Numbered from the stretch's first letter, positions 8,737 to 18,872 are shown. The stretch is DNA of 64,000 nt from Terriglobales bacterium (GCA_049520095.1 JBEKQC010000017.1:2701-66700), one strand, 5' to 3'. Made by a program: numbers and translations. Notes: generated by a model from the letters alone, not told the origin.

Positions 8737-10338
8737 ATGCCTGCTGTTTCGAGCGGTACGAAGTACGACGTGATCGTGGTTGGCGGAGGCCACAACGGTC
8801 TCACCAACGCCGCCTATTTGGCCAAAGCTGGCAAGAAAGTCCTGGTGCTCGAGCGTCGTCACGTCCTCGGCGGGGCGGCTTGCACGGAGGAAGTTTTTCC
8901 CGGCTTCAAGTTCTCCGTTTGCTCTTACGTCGTCTCTCTGCTGCGACCCGAAATTATTCGCGACCTCGATCTTCCCCGCCACGGACTTGAGATTCTGCCG
9001 CTCGACGGCACTTTCACTCCCATGCCGAACGGCGACCATCTGTGGCGTGTGAACGATCACGGCAAGACGCACCGCGAAATTGCCCGTCATTCCCGCGTTG
9101 ACGCCGAAGCTTACGATGAATTCGGCAAAGCGATGCAGGCGATGTGCCGCTTCGTGAAACCAATTCTCAGCATGATCCCGCCCGACCCGGCGACGTTCAA
9201 TCCGAAAGAATTGATGAAACTCCTCTTCATCGGACGCCGCTTTCAGGGCATGTCGGGCGAGGACAAATACAATCAAGTCCAGCTCATGACCATGAGCGCC
9301 ATCGATTTTCTCGATCAGTGGTTTGAGACGGATGTGCTCAAGGCCACCATGTCGGCGTCGGGAATAATCGGGACTTTTCTCGGCGTGCGCTCGCCCGGAA
9401 CCGCCTATGTTCTCCTGCACCACTACATGGGCGAGATTGACGGCGCTTTCCGCGCCTGGGGATTCGCGCGCGGTGGCACCGGCGCGATCTCGAATGCGAT
9501 TGCCGACGCAGCTCGCGAGGCTGGAGCTGAAATCCGCACCGAAGCTGCAATCGCCCGGATCATCGTTAAAAACGGACGCGCCACCGGCGTTGTGCTCACT
9601 AACGGTGACGAGATCTACGCTGACGTTGTTTCGTCGAGCGTCGATCCGCGGCTCACGTTTACGAAGATGATCGAGCCTGGTAATCTGCCCGACGAATTCA
9701 TGGATGGCGTTAAACGCTACAAGTTCCGCGGCTCTTCCGGCAAAGTGAACATGGCGCTCGATGGGCTGCCGAATTTCAAGTGCATGCCGGGAGTTGGCGC
9801 GCACCTACGCGGGGCGATGTCGATTTCGCCCAGCGTCGAGTACATGGAGAGAGCCTACGACGACGCAAAGTACGGGCATTGGTCCTCGCACCCGTATATC
9901 GACATGGTGATTCCGACGCTCACCGATACATCTCTCGCACCGCCAGGCAAACACATTCTGTCGTGTTTCGTGCAGTATGCGCCCTATAAGCTGGCGCCTG
10001 GCCTCGATTGGGATACGGAAAAAGAAAAATTTGGCGATAACCTCGTAAACACCATCGCCGAGTACGCGCCAAATATAAAAGACATTATCCTGCACCGCCA
10101 GGTCGTCACCCCGCTCGACCTTGAACGCGAGTGGGGATTGACCGAAGGCAACATCTTTCAGGGTGAACTCTCGCTCGAACAATTGTTTTTCCTGCGCCCG
10201 GTTGCGGGATGGGCGCAATTTCGCTCGCCGATCAAAAACTTGTATATGTGCGGATCGGCCACGCATCCCGGCGGCGGTATCATGGGCGCGCCCGGACGTC
10301 TGGCGGCGCTTGAAATTTTGAAAGACGGGGCAGCATAA
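8737..10338 (+). CDS. FAD-dependent oxidoreductase, phytoene desaturase (CrtI)-related family
   Basis: N-terminal dinucleotide fold YDVIVVGGGHNGLTNAAYLAKAGKKVLVLERRHVLGGAA. The 533-aa length and the C-terminal LYMCGSATHPGGGIMG motif are typical of the COG1233 type. Confidence 0.85.
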   Translation: MPAVSSGTKYDVIVVGGGHNGLTNAAYLAKAGKKVLVLERRHVLGGAACTEEVFPGFKFSVCSYVVSLLRPEIIRDLDLPRHGLEILPLDGTFTPMPNGDHLWRVNDHGKTHREIARHSRVDAEAYDEFGKAMQAMCRFVKPILSMIPPDPATFNPKELMKLLFIGRRFQGMSGEDKYNQVQLMTMSAIDFLDQWFETDVLKATMSASGIIGTFLGVRSPGTAYVLLHHYMGEIDGAFRAWGFARGGTGAISNAIADAAREAGAEIRTEAAIARIIVKNGRATGVVLTNGDEIYADVVSSSVDPRLTFTKMIEPGNLPDEFMDGVKRYKFRGSSGKVNMALDGLPNFKCMPGVGAHLRGAMSISPSVEYMERAYDDAKYGHWSSHPYIDMVIPTLTDTSLAPPGKHILSCFVQYAPYKLAPGLDWDTEKEKFGDNLVNTIAEYAPNIKDIILHRQVVTPLDLEREWGLTEGNIFQGELSLEQLFFLRPVAGWAQFRSPIKNLYMCGSATHPGGGIMGAPGRLAALEILKDGAA

Positions 10339-10342
10339 CACC

Positions 10343-11932
10343 ATGCCCGAAACGCGCGATGTGATCATCGTCGGTGGCGGGCACAACGGTCTGGCCGCCG
10401 CCTTCTATCTCGCCAAAGCCGGATTTAAACCACTGGTGCTCGAACGCCGTGCCCAGGTGGGCGGCGCGGCTATTACCGAGGAGTTTCATCCCGGCTTCCG
10501 CTGCTCCACGCTCGCGCATAACACGGGCCCGCTCCGCGCCGACATCATGCACGACATGCAATTGGAGAATCACGGCCTCAAGCTGACGACTTCAGATGCA
10601 AGCACAGTCTCGCTGCTGCCCGACGGCCGATCGCTCGTCCTCTATTCCGATGTAAAAAAAGCTGCGCAGGAGATCGCGCAATGGTCGCAGAAAGACGCTG
10701 CGTCGTATGCCGACTTCGGCGCTGCGCTCGGCAAGATCGGCAAGGTTATCGGCGAAGCGCTCGCGCTCACGCCGCCGAATATTGACAGCCCCAGCAGTGG
10801 CGATTTGTGGGGGATGTTGAAAACCGGCCGGTCGATCCGAAATCTAGGGAAGAAAGATCTGTATCGCGTCCTGCGCTGGGGACCAATGGCCGTCGCCGAT
10901 CTGGTCTCCGAGTTCTTTGACACCGAACCGTTGCGCGCCACGATCGCTGCCCGCGGCGTCTTCGGAACATTCCTCGGCCCGTGGTCGGCAGGCAGTGCTC
11001 TGGTGTTGTTATTGCGCGGCGCCGCTGATCCAACTCCCGTGGGAAGCATGCAGTTCCCTGCCGGTGGCGTCGGCACCATCACTCTAGCCATGGCTGCCGC
11101 CGCGAAGCAGGCAGGCGCGGAAATTCGCACCAACGCGGAAATCGCCGAGATTCGCGTGAAGGACGGTGTAGCCACTGGGGTCCTGCTCACTTCGGGTGAA
11201 GAAATCTCCGCGCGAGCCGTCGTCTCGAATGCCGATCCCAAGCGCACTCTCCTGCGCCTGGTCGATCCCTCGCACCTGTCTCCCGACTTCATACAGAAAA
11301 TCAAGAACTACCGCTGCATGGGAACGGTCGCGAAGATCAATCTCGCACTCTCCGCGCTCCCGGAATTTACCGCACTCAATGCAAAAGGCAACGGGAACTT
11401 GCTTCAGGGACGCATCCAGATCAGTCCTGAAATCGATTACCTCGAGCGCGCCTTCGACGAATCGAAGTACGGCAATTTCTCGCGTCACCCATATATTGAA
11501 ATAGCGTTTCCGTCCCTCTCAGATCCGTCACTCGCCCCTGCTGGCCAGCAGGTGATGTCCATCTACATGCAATACGCGCCTTACAAGTTGAAAAATAGCG
11601 ATTGGGAGAGCCAGCGCACCGCACTCGGCGAAACCGTGGTCAAGACCATCGCGCAGTACGCACCGAATCTTCCGCAGATCATCCTGCGCCACCAGATCGT
11701 CACGCCCCAGGATCTCGAGGAAATCTACGGCCTCACCGGAGGCCATATCTTCCACGGCGAACTTACGCTCGATCAATTCTTCACCATGCGCCCCCTGCTC
11801 GACTGGGCCCGTTATCAAACGCCGATCGAACGCCTGTATCTATGCGGCAGCGGAACGCACCCCGGGACCGGGCTCACCGGCGGCTCCGGCGCCAACGCAG
11901 CGCGCGAGATTGTGAAGGCGCTCAGGAGGTAG
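10343..11932 (+). CDS. FAD-dependent oxidoreductase, CrtI-related, tandem paralog
   Basis: Contains DVIIVGGGHNGLAAAFYLAKAGFKPLVLERRAQVGGAA and LYLCGSGTHPGTGLTG. It is colinear with the upstream paralog and separated from it by a 4-nt gap. Confidence 0.85.
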   Translation: MPETRDVIIVGGGHNGLAAAFYLAKAGFKPLVLERRAQVGGAAITEEFHPGFRCSTLAHNTGPLRADIMHDMQLENHGLKLTTSDASTVSLLPDGRSLVLYSDVKKAAQEIAQWSQKDAASYADFGAALGKIGKVIGEALALTPPNIDSPSSGDLWGMLKTGRSIRNLGKKDLYRVLRWGPMAVADLVSEFFDTEPLRATIAARGVFGTFLGPWSAGSALVLLLRGAADPTPVGSMQFPAGGVGTITLAMAAAAKQAGAEIRTNAEIAEIRVKDGVATGVLLTSGEEISARAVVSNADPKRTLLRLVDPSHLSPDFIQKIKNYRCMGTVAKINLALSALPEFTALNAKGNGNLLQGRIQISPEIDYLERAFDESKYGNFSRHPYIEIAFPSLSDPSLAPAGQQVMSIYMQYAPYKLKNSDWESQRTALGETVVKTIAQYAPNLPQIILRHQIVTPQDLEEIYGLTGGHIFHGELTLDQFFTMRPLLDWARYQTPIERLYLCGSGTHPGTGLTGGSGANAAREIVKALRR

Positions 11933-11936
11933 TGCG

Positions 11937-12794
11937 ATGCACAACTCCGCCATCCTTCTAGTCTCTTGCCCCGACCGTAAAGGAGTCGTTGCCTCGATTG
12001 CCGAATTCATCTTTCGTCACAACGGCAACATTCTGTTCAATGACGAGCATGGCGACGAGGCATCCAATCTCTTTCTAACAAGGGTCGAGTTCGACGCGAC
12101 AGACTTCGATTTTAACCTGGCACAATTTTCCGAACAGTTTGCTCCCATCGCCCGCGATTTCCAGATGAACTGGCGGCTCGCCAACTCCGCCGACCGTCCG
12201 CGCATCGCCATCTTCGTTTCGAAGTATGACCACTGTTTGCAAGACCTGCTCTACCGCCACCAGAGTGGCGAACTGCGCTGCGAAATTCCGCTGATCGTTT
12301 CCAACCATCCCGATAACCAGCGCATCGCCGACTTCTACCGCGTCCCCTATTTCGTCGTACCGGTCACGAAAGAAAACAAGCGAGAAGCGGAACAGAAGCA
12401 GATCGCTCTCATCCGCGAACACAAATGCAGTCTCGTCGTTCTCGCTCGCTACATGCAGGTGCTCTCGAATGAATTTATCGCCACTCTGGGCTCCGAGAAC
12501 CTCATCAACATTCACCACTCTTTTCTGCCCGCGTTCGTCGGCTCCAAGCCCTACCATCAGGCGTTTCAGCGCGGCGTCAAGCTGATCGGCGCTACCGCTC
12601 ACTACGTTACTCAGGTACTCGACGATGGCCCCATCATCGAGCAGGATGTCGTCCGCATCTATCATCGCGACACCATCGACGACCTCGTCCAGAAAGGCCG
12701 CGACATCGAGAAAGTGGTCCTGTCGCGCGCCGTCCGCTGGCACGTGGAAAACCGCATCCTGCTGTATGGAAATAAGACGGTGGTCTTTCAATAA
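11937..12794 (+). CDS. purU: formyltetrahydrofolate deformylase
   Basis: N-terminal ACT-like region ILLVSCPDRKGVVASIAEFI followed by a formyltransferase core containing INIHHSFLPAFVGSKPYHQA and GATAHYV. Length is 285 aa. Confidence 0.9.
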   Translation: MHNSAILLVSCPDRKGVVASIAEFIFRHNGNILFNDEHGDEASNLFLTRVEFDATDFDFNLAQFSEQFAPIARDFQMNWRLANSADRPRIAIFVSKYDHCLQDLLYRHQSGELRCEIPLIVSNHPDNQRIADFYRVPYFVVPVTKENKREAEQKQIALIREHKCSLVVLARYMQVLSNEFIATLGSENLINIHHSFLPAFVGSKPYHQAFQRGVKLIGATAHYVTQVLDDGPIIEQDVVRIYHRDTIDDLVQKGRDIEKVVLSRAVRWHVENRILLYGNKTVVFQ

Positions 12795-12897
12795 TCGTGC
12801 TGGTGTAGCGCCGGGCGAAACGTCCGGCGCTCCATCGAATGAATCACGGCACTGGGGCCGTTTAGTAGTGCACCCACTTCCGTAACCAGATAGCCAA

Positions 12898-14424
12898 TTG
12901 CGCTGTCGTTCCCTTTCGGTTTTACTAAAAGACAGCCCCGTTTGGACATACTACTGCGCCATCTCGAAGGAGTTGACCTTGGTTGAAGACCCCAAATGGG
13001 AACTGGCCTTACTGGCCACCGTGCAGGGCTTCTACCAGCGGCTGCTGAGTGATCAACTTGGCGGTGAACTGCCCGCGCCCGCTCAACTCGCCCCAGACGT
13101 CATCAGCCGCGCCAGCGACGTGCGTTCCACCCTCGATCAAATGCACCTCTGGATCCAGCTCCTCGACATGGCGATCACTCCCGCCATGCTGCGAGTTGGC
13201 GTGCAATCCGACCTTGATCCCGAAGTTGCCGAAGCGCTGCTGCGCTACTTCGCGCGCCAGCGCGACGATTCCGGCGCCAATCGCGACAAGACCGATCTGG
13301 TTGCAACCTTTCTGTTTCGCCATCCTCGTGTGGCTGGCCAGTGGGAGCGTCGTGGCTACGGCCTCGATGGCTCGATCCCATTGTCTCCGTTTGAAATTGC
13401 GCTGCTGGAAATCCTGTCCGAGTCCGACGTACCCGTGCTCTCGGATACCGATGTGCAACGGTTGCGCGAATTCAGCCCCTTGCTCGATCAGGCAAATCGC
13501 TTCCAGAACTTCAGCGCGCTCATGGACTCCGGCATCATCCAGCGAGTACGGGAGTTGAAAGCTTCGCTCGGCGAATCGATCTACCACCCCGGGGTTCTGG
13601 CCACTCTCGCGCCTTACAATGCCGCCTTCGGCGATCGATTCAACACGCTCTTCGCCGCGGCCGCACAGGAGATCAAGGATTTTGCCACCCGCCTTGAAGA
13701 ACTCGGCGGCAGCATCCTCAGTACCGTCGACGGCGTCGAAATCACAGTCGAGCATGTCGCAGCCCTGAACCCGGAAGCCTTGATGAAACTCGACTACGCC
13801 GCGGCCCTGGACAAATTCCGTCGCGTCTCGCGGCTGAAAAAGGAATTGGAGCGCCGGCCGCCGATCCGGCGCGCCGCCCCAGACCGCGCACGCTCCACTC
13901 ACGCAGCGGGAGTTGCCGGCGCGGCCGCTGCTCCGGCGATCGCTCCCAGGTACGCGCCCGCTGCCATCACAGCGCAGGCGCTTTCCGTCGAAGAAGCCAA
14001 GTTACGAAAAGTGGAAGAATCGATTCGCGTGTTCGTGCGGGTCGCCGATCCCAAATTCCGCCAGATCGTGCCCATGCGCTATTTCAACCTCATGCTCACG
14101 CCCGCCGAGGTTGAGGCCTATACCGCCGTCTCTCTCGAACAAGCGGGCCCGCGTGCGGACGCCACCCGACTGCTGCTCCGCATCGTCGCCGTAACCGCGC
14201 GTATCACCACCGAGATAGAGGAACTCAAGCGTTCGAGGAATTCCCCGTCCATCTGGAAGCTGCACGCCGATTCTTTGGTAGTCCTCATCGACATCGCCAG
14301 ACGCCTCCCGGAGGGGGTGGAGCGGCAGCCGGAGATGCAGTTCAACAATGAGCCTCTCCGCGCGTCGCTCGAAAAGCTGCGCGAGCGCATCGCCGAGGCC
14401 AAAAAGCTTCTCGCCGAATCGTAA
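12898..14424 (+). CDS. hypothetical protein (predicted all-helical)
   Basis: Long ORF with coding-like composition. I recognise no motif. The start is uncertain (TTG at 12898). Confidence 0.5.
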   Translation: MRCRSLSVLLKDSPVWTYYCAISKELTLVEDPKWELALLATVQGFYQRLLSDQLGGELPAPAQLAPDVISRASDVRSTLDQMHLWIQLLDMAITPAMLRVGVQSDLDPEVAEALLRYFARQRDDSGANRDKTDLVATFLFRHPRVAGQWERRGYGLDGSIPLSPFEIALLEILSESDVPVLSDTDVQRLREFSPLLDQANRFQNFSALMDSGIIQRVRELKASLGESIYHPGVLATLAPYNAAFGDRFNTLFAAAAQEIKDFATRLEELGGSILSTVDGVEITVEHVAALNPEALMKLDYAAALDKFRRVSRLKKELERRPPIRRAAPDRARSTHAAGVAGAAAAPAIAPRYAPAAITAQALSVEEAKLRKVEESIRVFVRVADPKFRQIVPMRYFNLMLTPAEVEAYTAVSLEQAGPRADATRLLLRIVAVTARITTEIEELKRSRNSPSIWKLHADSLVVLIDIARRLPEGVERQPEMQFNNEPLRASLEKLRERIAEAKKLLAES

Positions 14425-14510
14425 CCGCAAAATAAAGAGGGACAGGTTATACACCCATCCCTCACGCTCGAAACCCGCGTTCTCGACCTCAGCTCAAAAC
14501 CGACAGCCAC

Positions 14511-17294
14511 TCAGTGAATATCGAACTGCTCCTGGTGCAGTGCCGGATCCGATTTTACGATGATCGTCTTTTTCGTGAGCTCTTCCATCTCATTCAAGAG
14601 TTGGGCGTTGCTTGCCTTCAGCGCTTTCGCCACCTCCGGATTCACGCGCAACATCACGTCGCTGTGCTCGAGATGCTTCGAGATCTTCCGCATCTCAACA
14701 TAAATTTCGTTGCAGATAGTACTCACCGATTTCACAAAGCCCGTGGACTGGCAATAGGGACAAGGGGTTCCAATCGTCCGCTCCAGCGACTGCTTTACCC
14801 GCTTGCGGGTGATTGCCACCAGACCGAAATCGTTGAACTGCAGCACCTTCGACGGAGCCCGATCAAAGCGCAAAGCCTCTTCCAGCGCCTGCATCACTTT
14901 CTGCCGGTTGCGCCGCTCGTCCATGTCGATGAAGTCGATGATGATGATGCCGCCCAGATCGCGCAGCCGCACCTGGCGCACGATTTCCTTGATCGCGTCC
15001 ACGTTTGTCTTCACGATCGTGTCTTCAAGGCGGGCGGTCTTGCCGACGTACTTTCCAGTGTTCACGTCTATGGCGACCAGCGCCTCGGTCTGATTGATGA
15101 CGATATACCCACCGCTCTTCAGCCAGACTTTCGACTTCAGCGCCTTGTTGATTTCCTCGTTCAGCCCGAACTGGTCGTAGAGCGGCGTTTCCTTGGTGTA
15201 GAGCTTGACGCGCTTGACCAGAGCCGGCTGGAAGCGATTCGCAAACCGAAGAATGCGCTCGTATTCCTGCTCGGTGTCGACCCAGATGACGGAAAAGTCC
15301 GAGCTCACCTGATCGCGCAGTACCCGTTCCACCACGTTCAAATCGTGGTAGATCAGCGCCGGAGACTTGCTGCTGTCAGAGCGGGACTTGATCTCACTCC
15401 AGAGATTCTTCAGAAAGCGGATATCGGCTCGCAGTTCTTCGTCCGTAGCGCCCGCCGCCGCGGTCCGAACAATGAAACCGCCGCCGCCGTTTTCGCGCTC
15501 GCTCTGGATGATTCGCTTCAGCCGTTGCCGCTCTTCTTCCGATGAGATCTTGCGCGACACGCCGGTATGGTTCACCGTCGGCATGAAGACCAGGAAGCGT
15601 CCGGGCAACGCAATGTGACTCGTGATACGAGCCCCCTTCTTCCCGATTGGCTCCTTCGCAATCTGGATCAGCACCTCCTGCCCTTCTTTGAGCAGTTCGC
15701 TGATCTGCGGCACCACCGTGTTCTCGCGACTGCGGAAGCGCCGTCCACCGCGTCGTCCGCGCCCTCGATCAAATCCGCGCTCGGGCCCGCGACGCTGCGT
15801 GCGCTGCAATAGCCTCGCCTCCGGTGCGGGACTGCGAACCTCCGCGCTCGCATCCACGGTACCGTCGCCAATCGCCTCGGCTTCCAGCAGCGCCTCCGCT
15901 TCGGCTTGCGCTTCTTCGAGTTCCAACTCCTCCGCTTCTCGCTCTTCCGCTTCCAGCACGGCCTCCGGAATTACTTCGCCGTTCGCTGCCAGCTCGCCGC
16001 CGGTCGCTAACCCTGGAGCGGTCTCTGCCGCGGTTTCTGCGACTCCGGATCCCGACAACTCTCCACCAGCTGCCCGCGTCTCTTCTTCCAGTTCGTCTTC
16101 TTCCAAGCCCGCGTCGTCTCCCGGTTCTTCCCCGTAGGACGTAAGTTCGGCTTCTTCTTCCTCGATCTCCTGTTCCTCCACGGCGCCGTGCGTCACGTCG
16201 TGGGGAACATCTGGCGCCACCTCGCGTGCAACCTGCGGGGCTGCCGCTGAGCCCGCTTCGCGCGCCCTCTCGCGTATCGTCGCCCCTGCGGACATAGCTC
16301 TGAGCGCGGATTGCACTTGGTCGCGGACTTCGGAATCCTCCAATGGCGCTGCGCTCGGATCGGTAGAATGCGCCTCTTCCTCGACTCCCGCGTCCAGCAC
16401 GTGCTCATGTTGTTCGCGAAGGGGCTCGGAAACCTCGGTCGCGAATATGGGCTCATCTTCAGGAAAACTCGCAATGATTGCGGCCGAGGCTGGCGCCGGT
16501 GGCTCCGCCTGTGCGTTCTCCGCCGGCAGCGCCGCAACACTCTGACCCTGTCGCTGGTACTTCGAAATCGACTCTCCGGGAAGCATCATCGGTTGATATC
16601 CCGGCGGTGGTCCGTAATCGTAGTCGCGACCGGTGCGAGCGGCCGGCGCCGACCGCTGGAATCGCGAGTCGGACCCGCTGCGTCCCGCACGATCGCCACG
16701 ACCAAAACGGTCGTTCCTTGCGTCACTTCGTGGTTCACCGCCGGTTTCGCTGCTAACGTCGTTTCGTACTTCGGGACGTATCTCGACGCGAGGTTCGCTT
16801 CGAATCTCGCTGCGCTCCGGACGCTCGCCGCGACGTCCACGACGACGTCGTCGTCCGCGAAAGTCGCGCGAACTGCTCGGGGCGTTGTCCGCTTCCGAAG
16901 AAGCCGCCTCCGGCTCGTCCCCCTCGTCCGCTACGCTTCCGGCTTCGGCAAGCTGCCCTTCACTATTGACCGCTGCACCGCCTGCTTCCAGACCGTTGCG
17001 CGGACGCGCCTCCGTTACCGGACGATTTGCCGGAATCGCTTCATCCAGGTCTTCGTCCGTCTGTTCCAGATCCATGAAATCGGAAACGTATAGAAAAGCG
17101 TCGCGTTCCAGCCCAATGTCCACAAAGGCCGACTGCATGCCTGGCAGCACGCGCGTCACTCGGCCCTTGTAAATCGAGCCCGCTAAGGTGTATTCGTTTT
17201 CTCGTTCAAGGTAAATTTCCGCTAGCTGATCGTCTTCCGTGATCCCCACTTTGGTTTCATGGGGCGTGGTCGATACAAACAATTCCTTGTTCAT
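14511..17294 (-). CDS. rne: ribonuclease E/G family endoribonuclease with a large internal low-complexity insert
   Basis: S1 N-half AGSIYKGRVTRVLPGMQSAFVDIGLERDAFLY. S1 C-half LKEGQEVLIQIAKEPIGKKGARITSHIALPGRFLVFMP. DNase-I-like core AIDVNTGKY and IIIDFIDM. Zn-link CPYCQSTG. Confidence 0.9.
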   Translation of the reverse strand: MNKELFVSTTPHETKVGITEDDQLAEIYLERENEYTLAGSIYKGRVTRVLPGMQSAFVDIGLERDAFLYVSDFMDLEQTDEDLDEAIPANRPVTEARPRNGLEAGGAAVNSEGQLAEAGSVADEGDEPEAASSEADNAPSSSRDFRGRRRRRGRRGERPERSEIRSEPRVEIRPEVRNDVSSETGGEPRSDARNDRFGRGDRAGRSGSDSRFQRSAPAARTGRDYDYGPPPGYQPMMLPGESISKYQRQGQSVAALPAENAQAEPPAPASAAIIASFPEDEPIFATEVSEPLREQHEHVLDAGVEEEAHSTDPSAAPLEDSEVRDQVQSALRAMSAGATIRERAREAGSAAAPQVAREVAPDVPHDVTHGAVEEQEIEEEEAELTSYGEEPGDDAGLEEDELEEETRAAGGELSGSGVAETAAETAPGLATGGELAANGEVIPEAVLEAEEREAEELELEEAQAEAEALLEAEAIGDGTVDASAEVRSPAPEARLLQRTQRRGPERGFDRGRGRRGGRRFRSRENTVVPQISELLKEGQEVLIQIAKEPIGKKGARITSHIALPGRFLVFMPTVNHTGVSRKISSEEERQRLKRIIQSERENGGGGFIVRTAAAGATDEELRADIRFLKNLWSEIKSRSDSSKSPALIYHDLNVVERVLRDQVSSDFSVIWVDTEQEYERILRFANRFQPALVKRVKLYTKETPLYDQFGLNEEINKALKSKVWLKSGGYIVINQTEALVAIDVNTGKYVGKTARLEDTIVKTNVDAIKEIVRQVRLRDLGGIIIIDFIDMDERRNRQKVMQALEEALRFDRAPSKVLQFNDFGLVAITRKRVKQSLERTIGTPCPYCQSTGFVKSVSTICNEIYVEMRKISKHLEHSDVMLRVNPEVAKALKASNAQLLNEMEELTKKTIIVKSDPALHQEQFDIH

Positions 17295-17704
17295 TTCTAC
17301 TCCGGTTCTTCTTTACCGGACCAGAAGCGCAAGGCGGACCAGGGGATCGATAGCGTTCAGCGCCGCTCCGGGTAGGAGCGGGCGCGGTCCCAAAGTAAAG
17401 AAGATTTCTTCCCGGGACCTCGACTGCAGTGAATTGTTCTTACTCGTCTGCACTGATCGCGTTAAGCCTTCCGTCAGGTCTGTGGCCACTCTCTCGCATT
17501 CCGCTGAGGGGGCCGTTCCCCGCCTGACTGGCTTCAATCCTGTCCGGCTTCGACTTCTGCCGGCATTCTGCCCTCCTTTTTCGCGAGGGCCTTCGTAATC
17601 TTGTTTCGTACCTAGTCTTTATTCTGAAATCTGATTCTGCCTAATCTTGTTTCCTGGCGCCGTTTTCGTTGTTGACAAGGGCGCCCCAACTTCTGCCGAC
17701 CGTC

Positions 17705-18793
17705 TCAGTTCACGAAGCGGCGCATCCGGACATTCATTACCATCCCCAGCGCCAAGAACATGAAAAGAACGGAAGACCCACCGTAACTCATGAGCGGCAG
17801 AGGTATTCCCGTGACTGGCATAAAGCCAACCACCATGCCGATGTTGACTAGAACGTGAAAGCTAAGCACAGCCACCACACCCATCACCAGGAATGCCCCA
17901 GCGCGGTCAGGCGCCGTTTGTGCATTCTGGGTCAACCGCATCAGCACTATAAAGTATAACAGCAGAAGCCCCAGAGCTCCTACAAACCCGTGTTCCTCGG
18001 CAAAGGCGGCAAAAATGAAGTCGGTCTGCGGCACCGGGAGAAATGCCAGATGCGTCTGCGATCCCTGGCTGCTCCCCCAGATTCCACCCGAACCGACGGC
18101 GATGAGCGATTGATTCACTTGATACCCGGAGCCCTGCCGGTCCGCATCCGGATTGATAAAACTCGTCAGCCGCTCCTTTTGATACGACTTCAACACCTTC
18201 ATCCAGGCCACAGGAACCAGCAACCCAGCGATCATCACCACAATCAGCGCCTGCTTCCAGCGCAGCCCACCCAGAAATAGTCCCATGACGGCCACTGGCA
18301 GATAGGTCAGCGCCGTCCCCAAGTCGGGTTGCGCCAAAACCATCAGCATGGGAAAACCGACGATCGCGCCCGCCTTCAGAAAGTCCGGCCACGACAGTTC
18401 CCGCTCATGCAAATCCGCAAAGTATTTCGCTACCGCCAGAATCAGGATGAGCTTCACCCACTCCGACGGCTGAAAGTGGCCACCCCCCGGCATCTTGATC
18501 CAGCGCCGCGCGCCCAGATACTTCTGGCCGAACAGAATCACCGCAATCAAAGACGCCAGCGATGCGACGTACATCCAGTGGATTTGTTCAAGCAGGGCTT
18601 GATAATTGAGCAGGCTGACCAGGAACATTGCGCCCACGCCCGCCAGAATCCAGTAGATTTGCTTGATGTGGGATCCGGCAAATTTCGTGTGCTCGGTCGC
18701 ACTGTGAATCTGCACCACGCCCAGCGCGCAGATCACCAGCACGAAGCCCATCAGGACCCAGTCGAAATCTCGGTAGGAAACGTAGCGCGACAT
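17705..18793 (-). CDS. rodA: FtsW/RodA/SpoVE (SEDS) family glycosyltransferase, RodA-like
   Basis: 362 aa with about 10 TM segments. Contains QPSEWVKL, DFIFAAFAEEHGF and GIPLPLMSYGGSS. Size favours RodA over FtsW. No PBP2 gene is adjacent. Confidence 0.7.
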   Translation of the reverse strand: MSRYVSYRDFDWVLMGFVLVICALGVVQIHSATEHTKFAGSHIKQIYWILAGVGAMFLVSLLNYQALLEQIHWMYVASLASLIAVILFGQKYLGARRWIKMPGGGHFQPSEWVKLILILAVAKYFADLHERELSWPDFLKAGAIVGFPMLMVLAQPDLGTALTYLPVAVMGLFLGGLRWKQALIVVMIAGLLVPVAWMKVLKSYQKERLTSFINPDADRQGSGYQVNQSLIAVGSGGIWGSSQGSQTHLAFLPVPQTDFIFAAFAEEHGFVGALGLLLLYFIVLMRLTQNAQTAPDRAGAFLVMGVVAVLSFHVLVNIGMVVGFMPVTGIPLPLMSYGGSSVLFMFLALGMVMNVRMRRFVN

Positions 18794-18872
18794 GAATTCA
18801 GTCGCCCACCCCAGAACGCATTGGAAGGAACTCAGGGGGAAAAATCACAATAAAAAATAAGTCGCAACAAAA

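Noticed and set aside
8725-9804. 359-aa ORF on the minus strand
   Set aside because: It is antisense to the first CrtI-family gene, which has a clear FAD-binding fold. Its composition is that of a shadow ORF.
12806-12835. Hairpin AGCGCCGGGCGAAACGTCCGGCGCT downstream of purU as an intrinsic terminator
   Set aside because: No U-tract follows it on the coding strand. It may be a REP-like stem or a Rho-dependent stop. I left it uncalled.
14514-15545. 343-aa ORF on the plus strand (also 15622-16137 and 16311-17093)
   Set aside because: These ORFs are antisense to the RNase E/G gene. Their low-complexity Arg/Ser/Pro content mirrors the acidic insert on the coding strand.
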